Shown: piece by piece, positions 50,958 through 61,478 of the stretch | How the letters are laid out: every line of letters starts with the position of its first letter | Position numbering within the stretch: position 1 is the first letter of the stretch | DNA from: an uncultured Planctomycetota bacterium | GTDB taxonomy: Bacteria; Planctomycetota; Planctomycetia; Isosphaerales; Isosphaeraceae | DNA: 64,000 nucleotides | NCBI GenBank assembly: GCA_963737655.1 | Contig: CAVTTN010000002.1 | Location: 3,392,001 to 3,456,000 of the forward strand | Direction of reading: 5' to 3' | Position numbers and translations under genes: made by a program | Notes under the pieces: model-generated | The model's database searches: none | Seen by the model: only the letters and a program-made list of their open reading frames with translations | What the model was told of the DNA's origin: nothing

Positions 50958-50985
50958 GAACGGCCCTCCCCGGTTCGATCACGCG

Positions 50986-51013
50986 TTGACAGGACGCCAG
51001 AAAACTCTACAAT
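50986..51013 (+). promoter_or_regulatory. sigma70 promoter of tRNA-Pro
   Basis: TTGACA-16 nt-TACAAT. Confidence 0.75.
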
Positions 51014-51046
51014 ACGCAGACCGACGGCGAAAGCCGAAGTCGGTTG

Positions 51047-51121
51047 CGGGGCGTAGCGCAGTTTGGCTAGCGCGCCTGAATGGGGTTCAGGAGGTCGTGG
51101 GTTCAAATCCCGCCGCCCCGA
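51047..51121 (+). tRNA. tRNA-Pro(GGG), CCA not encoded
   Basis: Acceptor CGGGGCG/CGCCCCG, D arm GCGC, anticodon stem CCTGA/TCAGG with loop ATGGGGT, T loop GGTTCAAATCC. Confidence 0.97.
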
Positions 51122-51134
51122 TTCGAGATCCACC

Positions 51135-51178
51135 CGAATCCCGTCAACAGTTGCCAACGCGGCTGTTGACGGGATTCG
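51135..51178. terminator. 16-bp stem-loop between tRNA-Pro and the convergent DUF1801 gene
   Basis: CGAATCCCGTCAACAG ... CTGTTGACGGGATTCG. Confidence 0.7.
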
Positions 51179-51227
51179 ACCGTTAGAAAACTCCTCACGA
51201 TTTCGGAGGCCGGCACGATCTCGGTCC

Positions 51228-51638
51228 TCAGCTTAACGCTTGATTGAGGAGCGAGGCGATCCTGGCCTCTTCGGCGACGGTCAGGTCTTTCAGGGCGAAG
51301 GCCGTCGGCCACATGACGCCGTCGTCGAGGTTCGCCTCGTGCATGAAGCCGAGCGTCGCGTACCTCGTCTTGAACTTCGTCGCGCCCTGGAAGAAGCAGA
51401 TGATCTTGCCGTTCCGGGAATATGCCGGCATCCCGTACCAGAGTCTCGGCGAGAGGGTCGGCGCAGTGGCCTTCACGATGGCATGGAGCCGCTCGCCGAG
51501 GATGCGATCCGATTCCGGCATCTCGGCAATCTTGGCGAGCACGGCGCTCTCGCCGTCCGCGTCGTCCTTGACACGGGCAGGGCGCGGGGCCGCCTGCCTC
51601 GCGGCGGACTTCTTGCCGCTTCGGGTATTTTCGGCCAC
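51228..51638 (-). CDS. DUF1801 (YdhG-like) protein
   Basis: [29 protein letters not shown]...[23 protein letters not shown]. Confidence 0.85.
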   Translation of the reverse strand: MAENTRSGKKSAARQAAPRPARVKDDADGESAVLAKIAEMPESDRILGERLHAIVKATAPTLSPRLWYGMPAYSRNGKIICFFQGATKFKTRYATLGFMHEANLDDGVMWPTAFALKDLTVAEEARIASLLNQALS

Positions 51639-51706
51639 GGTTTGTCCCCCTATGTTCAAGATATCGGAAGCGGCGCGCCCGGGTCTCTGGGTTGAGTTCT
51701 GGGGAT

Positions 51707-51735
51707 GCGACAGGTCTCGCCGCCGATGATACACT
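51707..51735 (+). promoter_or_regulatory. Extended -10 sigma70 promoter for the ATPase leader
   Basis: GCGACA-17 nt-TACACT with TG at the extended -10 position. Confidence 0.55.
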
Positions 51736-51742
51736 ACCATCC

Positions 51743-51837
51743 CTGTCGAAACGTGGGGGGCCGGCCCCTGGGAACGGGCCGGACCGGCGAGGTGAGCGTT
51801 CCCGGCCTGGAACCTCTCGCGACACGTAGCTTGATGG
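51743..51837 (+). ncRNA. Candidate structured cis-regulatory RNA (unassigned)
   Basis: Nested stems CUGUCGA/UUGAUGG, ACGUG/CACGU, CCGGCCC/GGGCCGG, GCGAG/CUCGC; begins at the predicted transcription start. Confidence 0.45.
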
Positions 51838-51955
51838 CTGTCTTGCTGATCCCTCAGGCCCCCGGGGCGGCCAAACTCACCGAGTTTACCGAGATCACTT
51901 CTCTTCGCGCCGCCATCCTGATGATGGAGGCCGGGACGCCGACGACCGAGGCCGC

Positions 51956-53911
51956 ATGACCGACTCTCTGACGATCGATTCTTCGGCGGTCCCCTCCGGC
52001 GACGCCCTGTTCTTCGGCCGACTCTGGGAACGCAGGCACTCGTCGATCGCGATCGTGACCGTGCTCTGCCTCTCGGCCGACCTGACGATGCAATTCGGCC
52101 TCCGACTGCCGGAAACCACGGCGAGATGGGCACTGTGGGTGGCCCTGGTCGTCGGTGGAGGCCCTCTGGTCGTCGAACTGACGATCCGTCTCCTGCGTCG
52201 TCAGTTCGGCTCGGACCTGCTGGCGGGGATCTCGATCGTCACGGCCGTCGTGCTCGGGGAATACCTGGCCGGGACCCTGGTGGTCCTGATGCTTTCGGGA
52301 GGCGAGGCCCTGGAATCGTTCGCGGTCCGGCGGGCGTCGTCGGTCCTCGATGCCCTGGCCCGGCGGATGCCCTCGGTCGCCCATCGCAAGACCGAATCGG
52401 GGCTGGTCGAGATCCCCCTGGGCGCGATCCGGATCGGCGACGTCCTGGAAGTCCTGCCCCACGAGGTCTGCCCCGTCGATGGCACGGTGATCCAGGGCCG
52501 CGGCCGGATGGACGAGGCGTACTTGACCGGCGAGCCGTACCGGGTGTCCAAATCGGTCGGCTCGGAGGTGCTCTCCGGCGCGATCAATGGCGAGGCGGCC
52601 CTGAGCGTCCGCGCCGAGCGTCTGCCGGTCGATTCCCGGTACGCCCGGATCATGCAGGTCATGCAGCAATCGCAGCAGACCCGCCCTCGGCTCAGACGGC
52701 TGGGCGACCAGCTCGGCGCGTTCTACACGCCCCTGGCCGTGGGGATCGCCCTGGCGTCCTGGGTGGCGAGCGGCCAGCCGGTCCGGTTCCTGGCCGTCCT
52801 GGTGATCGCCACCCCCTGCCCCCTCCTGATCGCCATCCCGGTGGCGATCATCGGCTCGATCTCGCTGGCGGCGAGGCGGAGCATCATCATCCGGGACCCG
52901 ACCGTCCTGGAACGGATCGGCGGCTGCCGGACGATGATTTTTGACAAGACCGGGACGCTCACCTACGGCGAGCCCCGGCTCGTCGAGCAGCATCAGGCGC
53001 CGGGTTTCGAGGGCCGAGACGTCCTCCGCCTGGCCGCCAGCCTGGAGCAGTATTCGAAACATCCGCTGGCCACGGCCGTCCTCCACGCGGCGAAGGAGGC
53101 GAAGCTGGAGCTCCTGCCGGCCGATCGCGTCCAGGAGCTTCCGGGCCAGGGCCTGCTGGGGACGGTCCAGGGGCGATCGGTCCGCGTGACCAGCGGGCCG
53201 AAGCTCGTCGCCGAGCAGCCGGAGGCGGCGGCCTGGTTGCCCCCTCAAACCGGCGGGCTCGAATGCGTGATCCTGATCGACGGCCGGTACGCGGCCACCT
53301 ACCGATTCCGGGACGAGCCCCGGGCGGAAGGGCAGGAGTTCGTCGGCCACCTGGCGCCGGCCCACGGCTTTCGCAAGGTCATGCTCGTCTCGGGCGACCG
53401 CGCCTCGGAGGTCGAGTACCTCGCCCGAAGGGTCGGGATCACCGAGGTTTACGCCGGCAAGAGCCCCGAGGAAAAGCTGGCGATCGTCCGCGAGGAGACC
53501 GCGAAGAATCCGACGGTCTACGTGGGCGACGGCATCAACGACGCCCCGGCGATGGTCGCCGCCACCGTCGGACTGGCGATGGGTCAGAAATCCGAGGTCA
53601 CGACCGAGGCCGCCGGCGCGGTCGTGATCGACAACATGCTCGGCCGAGTGGATGAACTTTTGCACATCGGCCAGCGGATGAGGCGGATCGCGCTCCAGAG
53701 CGCCATCGGAGGGATGGCGCTGAGCGTCGTCGGCATGCTTCTGGCCGCGTTCGGCTACCTCCCGCCGGTGGCCGGGGCGATCTCGCAGGAGGTCATCGAC
53801 ATCGCGGCCGTCCTGAACGCCCTGAGGGCCGCGTGGCCCCAGGGGGAGCTCAGCGACTATCGCAATCACGACGCGGAGGCCCCGGCCTCGGCCCCGAGCC
53901 CGCCCTCGTGA
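51956..53911 (+). CDS. Heavy-metal P1B-type ATPase (P1B-5-like)
   Basis: [36 protein letters not shown]; no N-terminal metal-binding domain. Confidence 0.93.
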   Translation: MTDSLTIDSSAVPSGDALFFGRLWERRHSSIAIVTVLCLSADLTMQFGLRLPETTARWALWVALVVGGGPLVVELTIRLLRRQFGSDLLAGISIVTAVVLGEYLAGTLVVLMLSGGEALESFAVRRASSVLDALARRMPSVAHRKTESGLVEIPLGAIRIGDVLEVLPHEVCPVDGTVIQGRGRMDEAYLTGEPYRVSKSVGSEVLSGAINGEAALSVRAERLPVDSRYARIMQVMQQSQQTRPRLRRLGDQLGAFYTPLAVGIALASWVASGQPVRFLAVLVIATPCPLLIAIPVAIIGSISLAARRSIIIRDPTVLERIGGCRTMIFDKTGTLTYGEPRLVEQHQAPGFEGRDVLRLAASLEQYSKHPLATAVLHAAKEAKLELLPADRVQELPGQGLLGTVQGRSVRVTSGPKLVAEQPEAAAWLPPQTGGLECVILIDGRYAATYRFRDEPRAEGQEFVGHLAPAHGFRKVMLVSGDRASEVEYLARRVGITEVYAGKSPEEKLAIVREETAKNPTVYVGDGINDAPAMVAATVGLAMGQKSEVTTEAAGAVVIDNMLGRVDELLHIGQRMRRIALQSAIGGMALSVVGMLLAAFGYLPPVAGAISQEVIDIAAVLNALRAAWPQGELSDYRNHDAEAPASAPSPPS

Positions 53912-54315
53912 ATCCCGCGACCGGCCGAGGGCGACGTCCCGAAGCACTCGAACCGATATTCCCGGAGCGATTCGGGCAGGGGCAGCAGGGTCCCTTCGGA
54001 ATGGCACCGCTCGGCCCAGCCGAGCAGGGCGTCATACGCCGAATCGGTGGTGATCCCGCCGAGCCAGGTCATCCCGTCGGCCGAGGCGATGGCCGCGACG
54101 TTGGCCACGTCGCAGGGCCCGAGGCAGCCGGAGATGGTCAGTTGCACCGTCTTGTTCAGCTTCGCGGCCTTCCATGCCGCCTTGATCCGATCCACGGGCA
54201 CCGGCGGATACCCGCGATCGTCCCTCCCGCAGCAGCAGCCCCGGCACAGCAGGACCTGGCCCAGGGCCGTTTTCTTCGTCGTCACCGCCGCGTCCACCCG
54301 ATCTCGACCGTCCAT
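53866..54315 (-). CDS. Thioredoxin-like (2Fe-2S) ferredoxin domain protein
   Basis: CRGCCCG and [11 protein letters not shown]. Confidence 0.75.
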   Translation of the reverse strand: MDGRDRVDAAVTTKKTALGQVLLCRGCCCGRDDRGYPPVPVDRIKAAWKAAKLNKTVQLTISGCLGPCDVANVAAIASADGMTWLGGITTDSAYDALLGWAERCHSEGTLLPLPESLREYRFECFGTSPSAGRGIHEGGLGAEAGASAS

Positions 54316-54465
54316 CCCGCCTCCGATTCCATGCCTTGCCCTCCGGTCCTTGACGCCCGGAGGGACCATGAATGATCATGATCGACGCCGGTTCGTCAAG
54401 TGGGCAGGGATCTTCCAGCACCGACGACGACCCGATCCTCGAGACCGATAACCGAAGGCCCCCCG

Positions 54466-55817
54466 ATGCCCGCATCGACCGATTCGCGAGTCCCCGTCAC
54501 CGTCCTGACCGGCTTCCTAGGCGCGGGCAAGACGACCTTGCTCAACCACATCCTCACGGCCGAACACGGCAAGAAAATCGCCGTGATCGAGAACGAGTTC
54601 GGCGAGGTCGGCATCGACCAGGATCTGGTGATCCACGCCGACGAAGAAATCTTCGAGATGAACAATGGTTGCATCTGCTGCACCGTCCGGGGCGACCTGA
54701 TCCGCATCCTCGGCAACCTCATGAAGAGGCGAGACCGGTTCGACGCGATCCTGATCGAGACGACCGGGATGGCCGACCCGGGACCGGTGGCGCAGACGTT
54801 CTTCGTCGACGAGGAAATGCAGGGGAAATTGCGGCTGGACGGCATCGTGACGCTGGTGGACGCCAAGCACGTCTGGGGCCACATCGACGATTCCGACGAG
54901 GTCCGGGAACAGATCGCCTTCGCCGACGTGATCCTGTTGAACAAGACCGACCTCGTCTCGCCCGAGGAGCTGGATCGACTGGAGGCCCGGATTCGCTCGA
55001 TGAACGCGGCGGCGAAGGTGCATCGGACCCGCGATTCGGTCGTGGAGATGGACCGCATCCTCAACGTGGGCGGCTTCAACCTCGACCGCGCCCTCGAAGT
55101 CGATCCGAAGTTCATGGAGCCGGAATACCCGTTCGAGTGGTCGGGCGTGTTCGACCTCTCGCCCGGGACGTATGAATGGGTGATGGCGCCCGGCCCGATC
55201 CCTCGATGGCCGTCGCCCTGATCCCGATCGCCGCGCCCACCGCCGACGGGCGGGATGCCGTCGAGATGGCGGCCGTCCTGGCGTTTTCGGACGAATCGCC
55301 GAGCGAGATCGGCCCCGGGGAAGCCATCCCCGCCGGCGATCGGCTGGCCGAATTGTCGCTGGGCGATGGCGAATCGCGGTTCCGGGTCGTGGTCGAACGC
55401 CCCGGGGCCTTCGCCCTGTTTACCGAGCACTTGCCGGAGGAGTTCTCGGCGTTCCTGACCGGTCCCGACGGCCCCATCGACCCGGTGTTTCCCCGGGAGT
55501 ACAAGCCCGACCACGAGCACGACGAGGAAGTTTCGTCGGTCGGGATCGAGATCCCCGGCGACCTCGATTCGAGGAAGCTGAATCGGTGGATGGGCACGCT
55601 CCTCCAGGAAAAAGGCGTCGATCTGTTCCGCACCAAGGGGGTCCTGAGCATCGCCGGAGACGCGAATCGGTACGTGTTCCAGGGCGTACACATGCTCCTG
55701 GACGGCAGGCCCGATCGGCCGTGGGATGCGGAGCCGAGGAAGAACAAGATGATCTTCATCGGTCGAAACCTCGATCGCGAGGCGCTCGTCGAGGGGTTCC
55801 GCTCGTGCCTGGCCTGA
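54466..55817 (+). CDS. CobW/COG0523 metal-chaperone GTPase (frameshift near 55194-55197)
   Basis: [30 protein letters not shown]-terminal [20 protein letters not shown] in the next frame. Confidence 0.92.
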
Positions 55818-56809
55818 GCGATCCCGGGTGGAAAACGGGCCTCGGCGGCCACGTCGTCGCCCTGGAATGGTCGCCCGACGGCCGATGGCTGGCGGCGGCG
55901 TCGATCGAGGGGCCGATCGTCGCGATCGACGCCTCGGACGGGTCGATCCGCTTCCAGGTTGAGGCCCACGGCTTCGGCACCTCGGGCGGGGCGATCTCGC
56001 CCGACGGCCGGCTCCTCGCCTCGGGCGGCCAGGATGGCACGGTGGCGCTCTGGGACGCCCAATCGGGCGCCGAGATCGCGCGGATGGAGGCGGGGGCGGA
56101 TTGGGTCGAAACGGTGGCGTGGTGCCCGCGATCGGCGGTGCTCGCCTCGGCGGCGGGGCGGGTCTTGAGGCTCTGGGACGATCGCGGCGGCCTGGTCCGG
56201 GAATTCCCGAGACATCCGGGGACGATCATGGACCTCGCCTGGCGGCCGGGACGCCCGGAGATCGCCTCGGCGTCGCTCGGGGTGGTCTCGGTCTGGTCGG
56301 TTCACGCCCTGGAGCCGGTTTCCCGATTCGAAGGATCGGGCGCGGCCCTCGCCCTCGCGTGGAGATCGGACGGCGAAGCCCTGGTCAGCGGACACCAGGA
56401 CGCTTCGGTCACGTTCCGGGACTTGCGGACGGGCCGATCCTCGGTCATGACCGGGTTCGCCCGGAAGGTCCGCGAGCTGTCGTTCTCGGGACGATGGCTC
56501 GCGACCGGAGGAGGGCCGGTGGTGTCCGTCTGGGACGGCTCGGGAGACGGCCCCGAGGGGACCGAGCCGGCCTTGCTGGACGCCTCGTCCGAATCCCCCG
56601 TCTCGGCCCTCGCCTTCCGTCCGGGGACCGCGATCCTGGCCGTGGGGACCGAATCGGGGCGATTGCGATTGTGGAAGGCCGAGCTCCCTCTGGAACGTCT
56701 CGCGACGTTCGACCTCCCCTCCGAGGTCAGCCGGCTCGCCTGGGACCGATCGGGCGATCGCCTGGCCGCGGGGACGGCAAGCGGTGAGGTTTGTTTGATG
56801 AACCCGTAG
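55805..56809 (+). CDS. WD40-repeat protein
   Basis: WSPDGRWLAA, SPDGRLLASGGQDGTVALWD, LRLWD, VSVWD repeats; GTG overlaps cobW end. Confidence 0.88.
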   Translation: MPGLSDPGWKTGLGGHVVALEWSPDGRWLAAASIEGPIVAIDASDGSIRFQVEAHGFGTSGGAISPDGRLLASGGQDGTVALWDAQSGAEIARMEAGADWVETVAWCPRSAVLASAAGRVLRLWDDRGGLVREFPRHPGTIMDLAWRPGRPEIASASLGVVSVWSVHALEPVSRFEGSGAALALAWRSDGEALVSGHQDASVTFRDLRTGRSSVMTGFARKVRELSFSGRWLATGGGPVVSVWDGSGDGPEGTEPALLDASSESPVSALAFRPGTAILAVGTESGRLRLWKAELPLERLATFDLPSEVSRLAWDRSGDRLAAGTASGEVCLMNP

Positions 56810-56905
56810 GGTGCATGAAATGCACCATCTTCGGCGTCGCTCCTGCATCGTCTCGGAGGAAACGGCAGAGGCCGAGGTGGAGATGGCACATTTTATGCCC
56901 CGTAC
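56806..56905. repeat. REP family A unit with decayed partner
   Basis: GTAGGGTGCATGAAATGCACC ... GGCACATTTTATGCCCCGTAC. Confidence 0.8.
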
Positions 56906-56908
56906 AGC

Positions 56909-57769
56909 TCAGGGCCTGGTCTCAACCGGCGTTTCCCCGGCGTTGCCCCATTCGGACCAACCGAGGTAATAATTCCGGGTCGGGTGGCCGAGACGCTCGA
57001 ACACGAAGGCATCGACGGAGGCCCGGCCGCCTCCCTGGCAGTGGGTCACGACCGGGTCGCCGGGCTGGATTCCCGCCTTGCGGACCTTCTCCTTCAGGAG
57101 ATCCTCCGGCAGGAACCGGCCGTCGGCATCGACGAGGTCCTTCCATTCCAGGGGGCAGGCGGCCGGGATGTGGCCGGCCTTCTTGTTGGACATCCTGGCC
57201 TTGCCCGAGTGCTCGTCGGGCGAGCGGGCATCGACGATCTTCGTCGAGCCGGGGGCCTTCACCAACCCCAGGACGTCGTCCTTCGTCGCGAGCCGATCGG
57301 GCCGGAAGTGGACCTCGCGGGCGACCTCCGGGACCTTGGGCACCTCGATCGAGACGGGATGGCCTTCCTTCGCCCAGAGCGGGAACCCGCCATCGACCAG
57401 GCCGACGCGATCGACGCCCAGGTATCCCAGGAGCCAGAAGACCCGGGCGGCGTCGAGCTGGCGGCTGGCGTCGTAGACGAAGACCTCGCCGCCGTCGGGG
57501 AGGCCGAGCCCGGCGAGCCAGGAGGTCCAGGCGTCGCGATCCTTCAGGCCGCCGGGCTTGCCGGCGATCGCCGAGGCGGCCTTGACGTCGACCCAGACCG
57601 CCCCCGGCACGTGCCCCTTCTGGTAATCGGCCTTCGAGCGGGCGTCGAGGATGCGCACCCGGAGATCGGTCGTCTTCTTCTCCAGGCCCGAGAACTCGAT
57701 CAGGGCCGGGCGGGCCGGGGGAGGATCGGCGGCGACCGTCGAGAGGGTCAGCAGCAAGGTGGCGAGCAT
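56909..57769 (-). CDS. Exported two-domain rhodanese/sulfurtransferase
   Basis: Signal peptide; GHVPGAV, ARVFWLL, DGGFPLW, VDARS, GHIPAA, HCQGGGRAS, YYLGWSEW. Confidence 0.9.
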   Translation of the reverse strand: MLATLLLTLSTVAADPPPARPALIEFSGLEKKTTDLRVRILDARSKADYQKGHVPGAVWVDVKAASAIAGKPGGLKDRDAWTSWLAGLGLPDGGEVFVYDASRQLDAARVFWLLGYLGVDRVGLVDGGFPLWAKEGHPVSIEVPKVPEVAREVHFRPDRLATKDDVLGLVKAPGSTKIVDARSPDEHSGKARMSNKKAGHIPAACPLEWKDLVDADGRFLPEDLLKEKVRKAGIQPGDPVVTHCQGGGRASVDAFVFERLGHPTRNYYLGWSEWGNAGETPVETRP

Positions 57770-57789
57770 GGTGGAAAGCCTCCGGGCGA

Positions 57790-58643
57790 TCAGAGCAGGA
57801 CCCGGCCCGAGTCGGGCCGCGCGAACCGACGGAGAGCGGCAGCTTGATCCGGGCGATCGGTTCGTGGGCGATCCCGAACGGCGACGGGGGGGCGATGGTG
57901 TCGAGCCAGTCGGGCGGGTCGTCGATGTCCTCGTCCCTCTGCCCGAGGGGCACGGGGGCCTGGAACACGGTGTCCCCCATCCCGAGGAAGAACAGGAGAT
58001 AGGGCAGCGGTTCCTCGTCGCCAAGCCTCCGGGCGAGCGAGGCCCACGCGGAAGGGAACTCGTCGCCGGCCCGGTGGACCAGGCAGGAGAGGTTGGCGAA
58101 GGCCCGGCCGTCGAAGTCGTGGTCGGGGTTGCTCACCCACTCGATCGCGTCTTCATACGATTCGAGGTCCGCCGCCGGGGCGATCGCCAGGGCCAGGCGG
58201 ATCAGGCCCTTGAAGGCGGCGATCGGCATCGATTCGGGCGGCGAATCCCAGGGGGATTGGCCCGAGCGGAACGGCTCGGAGAAGGTTTCGAACGCCGGGT
58301 CGATCCCGTCGCCGAACAGGGTCAGGCACTCGTCGCACTGGTCCAGGGCCCGGAGGCTCGTCGGCCCCAGGTACGGCGGAAAGGCCGGGATCGGCTCGGA
58401 GAACTCGGTCCGGGGCTCGCTCTGGCCGCAGAACCGGCAGCGTCGTTTCGAGGACGCGCCGAGATCCACCCGGCCTCGCCCGGGGGCCGAAAGTCGGTCG
58501 CCGGCCACGACCTCGTAATTCTGGGAGAACAGCAGCCCCCCGACGGCCGAGAACCAGTCGGACTGGTCCGAGCCGTGGAGCCGTCCTCGGCGCTCCCACC
58601 GCCCGTAGGCGGCCCTGCGAATCTGTTCGTCGGTCGGTCTCAT
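57790..58643 (-). CDS. DUF2934 plus HNH-like zinc-finger protein; 3' end uncertain (stop probably lost by frameshift)
   Basis: EQIRRAAY.RWERRG..HG.D..DW..A; CRFC ... QCDEC; printed ORF runs implausibly through the rhodanese gene, nearby TGA at 57790. Confidence 0.7.
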
Positions 58644-58740
58644 CCCGGGCGTTTCTCGTCCGGCCCAGCCTTTTCGTGATCCCTCACGCGACGACGATTC
58701 TAGCCGAGCCCGCCGTTTCGCCATAGAGCGGTCGGGCCGT

Positions 58741-60255
58741 TCATTCCGGCGGCAGCTCGACCGAATAGAGCGTCTTGCCCGATCGGTCGTGGAGCGAGAC
58801 ACTCATCACGGCCGTTTTCCCGGCGATGGCGACGTTTCCGAAGAACTGGAGGCCGTCGGACGGGGGCCGATTGGGCTTCGTGCCCGGCGGGATCGCCGAG
58901 AATTTGAGTTCGGGGCCGAACGTCGGGTCGAGCTCCCCGGGACCGAACGTGCCGGCGTGCAGCGGGCCGGCGACGAACTCCCAGAACGGGCGGAAATCCG
59001 GGGTCCGGGCGCGAGACGGGTCGTAATGGTGGGCCGCCGCGTAGTGGACGTCCGCCGTGATCCAGACCACGTTGCGGATGTCCGCCGCCTTCACGAACGC
59101 GAGCAATTCGGCGATCTCCAGCTCTCGGCCCGAGGGCGGCCCGGGATCGCCGTTGGCCACGGCCTCGAACGCCGAGGCGCCGTCCCGGACCACCAGGCCG
59201 ATCGGCATGTCGCTGGCGATCACCTTCCACCTCGCCCGCGACCCCTTCAGCGCCGATTTCAACCAGTCCAGTTGCGCGCGACCCAGGAATGCCGACGCCG
59301 GGCCGGGCTCGGTTTGTCGATTGGCCGAATTGGCGCCCCGGTACGTCCTCTCGTCGAGGAGGAACACGTCGAGAAGCGGGCCTTGCGGGCAGACTCGATA
59401 GATCGGCTCGTCCCGACGGATCATCGGCAGGTAATCGAGGAACGCCCGGCGGGCCCGCTTCGCCAGCGTGTTCACGTCCTTCTCGGCGTACCGAGGATCG
59501 TCGAGGATCTCGCCGGGATACCAGTTGTTCAGCGTCTCATGGTCGTCCCACTGGGCGAGCATGGGCACCTCGGCGAGGAACCGGCGGAACGGGGCGTCCA
59601 GGAGGTTGTAGCGGTATCGCCCGCGGAACTCTTCCAAAGTCTCGGCGACCTTGGCGACCTCGGGCGTGACGAGGTTCCTCCACAGGGAGCCGTCGTCGAG
59701 CCGGACCTCCTCGGCGATCGGGTTGTCGGCATAAATATGATCGCCCGAGTGGACGAAAAAGTGGGGGTCGGCCTTGCGGATCGCGTCGAAAATGGCCATC
59801 CCGCCGCGGCTTGGGTCGATCCCCCAGCCCTGGCCGGCGACGTCGCCTCCCCAGGCGAATCGGATGTCTCTCGGGGCGTCCGAGGGGGTTGCGAACCGTC
59901 CGGTCACGGGCTCGCCTGCGACCTTGGCGGAGTCGGCGTCGCGGAACCGGACCCGGTAGAAGATCGTCTGGCCCGGCGGGAGCTTCTCCAGGGCGACCCG
60001 GGCCGTCAGGTCGGTTTCGGGGGTCGCGAGCGGGCCGACGACGGTGGAGGCGTCGCGGAACGCCTCCGTGGTGGAGAACTCGACGACCATCCGGCCGGGC
60101 CGATCGGCGCGGGCCCAGATCACCGCCCCGGTCGGCGAGACGTCTCCCGAGGCGATCCCGAGGCTGACCTCCGGACCCGGGACTCGGACCGAGGGTGACC
60201 TGAAGAAGGGAGCCGCGGCCATCGAGGCGAGGAACTGGCGACGGTTCGCGGCCAT
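58741..60255 (-). CDS. phoD: PhoD-family alkaline phosphatase (Tat substrate)
   Basis: NRRQFL, GIASGDV, HSGDHIYAD, QWDDHE..NNW, LDERTYR, TADVHY. Confidence 0.93.
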   Translation of the reverse strand: MAANRRQFLASMAAAPFFRSPSVRVPGPEVSLGIASGDVSPTGAVIWARADRPGRMVVEFSTTEAFRDASTVVGPLATPETDLTARVALEKLPPGQTIFYRVRFRDADSAKVAGEPVTGRFATPSDAPRDIRFAWGGDVAGQGWGIDPSRGGMAIFDAIRKADPHFFVHSGDHIYADNPIAEEVRLDDGSLWRNLVTPEVAKVAETLEEFRGRYRYNLLDAPFRRFLAEVPMLAQWDDHETLNNWYPGEILDDPRYAEKDVNTLAKRARRAFLDYLPMIRRDEPIYRVCPQGPLLDVFLLDERTYRGANSANRQTEPGPASAFLGRAQLDWLKSALKGSRARWKVIASDMPIGLVVRDGASAFEAVANGDPGPPSGRELEIAELLAFVKAADIRNVVWITADVHYAAAHHYDPSRARTPDFRPFWEFVAGPLHAGTFGPGELDPTFGPELKFSAIPPGTKPNRPPSDGLQFFGNVAIAGKTAVMSVSLHDRSGKTLYSVELPPE

Positions 60256-60279
60256 GGCGGCTCCCTCGGGACCCTCGAA

Positions 60280-61374
60280 TCAAGCCTCCTGCAAGGCCGG
60301 GTAGTCAATATACCCGCGCTGGTCGCCCCCGTAGAAGGTGGCAGGGTCCGCCGGGTTCAGGGGGGCGCCGACCCGGAAGCGTTCGGGGAGGTCGGGGTTG
60401 GCGATGAACAGCTTGCCGAAGGCGACGAGATCGGCCAGGCCCGATTCCAGGATGGACTCGGCCGATTCCCGGGTCAACCCGCCGTTGGCGATCAGGGTTC
60501 CGCGATATTTCGCGCGGAGCTCGGCCGTCGGGACGACGTCCGCCCCGTGGCGGACGTCCGCCTCCTGGGGCTCGATCAGGTGAAGATACGCCAGGCCGTG
60601 CGCGGACAGCTTCTCGACGAGGTAGCCGAACGTGGCCGAGGGGTCGGAATCGCTCATGTCGTTGAACGTCCCGCTCGGCGACAGCCGGATACCCACGCGA
60701 TCGGCGCCCCAGACCTCGGCGGCGGCGGACGTGACTTCGAGATGGAGCCGGGCCCGGTTCTCGACGGGGCCTCCGTAGGCGTCGGTCCGCTGGTTCGTGC
60801 CGTCCCGGAGGAACTGATCGAGCAGGTAGCCGTTGGCCCCGTGGACCTCCACGCCGTCGAACCCCGCCTCCTTCGCCCGGATCGCGCCCTGGCGGAACTC
60901 CTCGACGATCCCGGGGATCTCGTGAGTTTCCAGGGCCCGAGGGACCTCGAACGGCTTCGGGCCCTCCAGGGTCGCGGCCATCCCCGCGTTCGGACGGATC
61001 GCCGAGGGCGCGACGGGCGAGGCGCCTCCGGGGAGGAGCGACGGGTGCGAGATCCGGCCGACGTGCCAGAGTTGGAGGAAGATCCGGCCGCCCCGGTCGT
61101 GGACGGCCTCCGTGACCGCTCGCCAGCCGGCGACCTGTTCGGGAGAATAAATCCCCGGGGTCATCGGGTAACCCTGGCCCATCGGCGAGACCTGGGTGGC
61201 CTCCGACACGATCAGGCCGGCCGAGGCCCTCTGGGCGTAATAGGTGACGTTCATGGGACCGGGGACGTTCCCCGAGCCCGCACGGTTGCGGGTCAACGGC
61301 GCCATGACGATCCGGTTGCGGAGCTCGTACGGACCCAGCCGGACGGGCGAGAGCAGCTTCAGCGTCGAGCTCAT
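60280..61374 (-). CDS. Old Yellow Enzyme alkene reductase (NemA-like)
   Basis: MAPLTRNRA, LQLWHVGR, EVHGANGYLLDQFL, FIANPDL, FYGG..GYIDYP. Confidence 0.95.
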   Translation of the reverse strand: MSSTLKLLSPVRLGPYELRNRIVMAPLTRNRAGSGNVPGPMNVTYYAQRASAGLIVSEATQVSPMGQGYPMTPGIYSPEQVAGWRAVTEAVHDRGGRIFLQLWHVGRISHPSLLPGGASPVAPSAIRPNAGMAATLEGPKPFEVPRALETHEIPGIVEEFRQGAIRAKEAGFDGVEVHGANGYLLDQFLRDGTNQRTDAYGGPVENRARLHLEVTSAAAEVWGADRVGIRLSPSGTFNDMSDSDPSATFGYLVEKLSAHGLAYLHLIEPQEADVRHGADVVPTAELRAKYRGTLIANGGLTRESAESILESGLADLVAFGKLFIANPDLPERFRVGAPLNPADPATFYGGDQRGYIDYPALQEA

Positions 61375-61420
61375 CGGACGAACCCTCCTGGGCCTCGCGG
61401 ACTTGGGTGACTCGGTCAGG

Positions 61421-61465
61421 GCGGGGACGTGGCCTCCGACGACTCCGGCAGGGCCACGTCCCCGC
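61421..61465. other. 14-bp intercistronic stem-loop
   Basis: GCGGGGACGTGGCC ... GGCCACGTCCCCGC. Confidence 0.6.
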
Positions 61466-61478
61466 ATCCCCTGGGCCG

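Noticed and set aside
51743..51837. Cobalamin riboswitch (suggested by GGGAA and nearby cobW)
   Set aside because: Lacks the CGGTG..AA.TCCG and GCCCCCGC.ACTGT / B12-box elements
51047..56900. Genomic island integrated at tRNA-Pro carrying metal genes
   Set aside because: No integrase, no duplicated tRNA 3' end found, and no obvious compositional shift
56922..58802. 626-aa ORF overlapping the rhodanese gene
   Set aside because: Only the first ~280 aa look protein-like; the rest is an off-frame read through the rhodanese gene, probably from a lost stop
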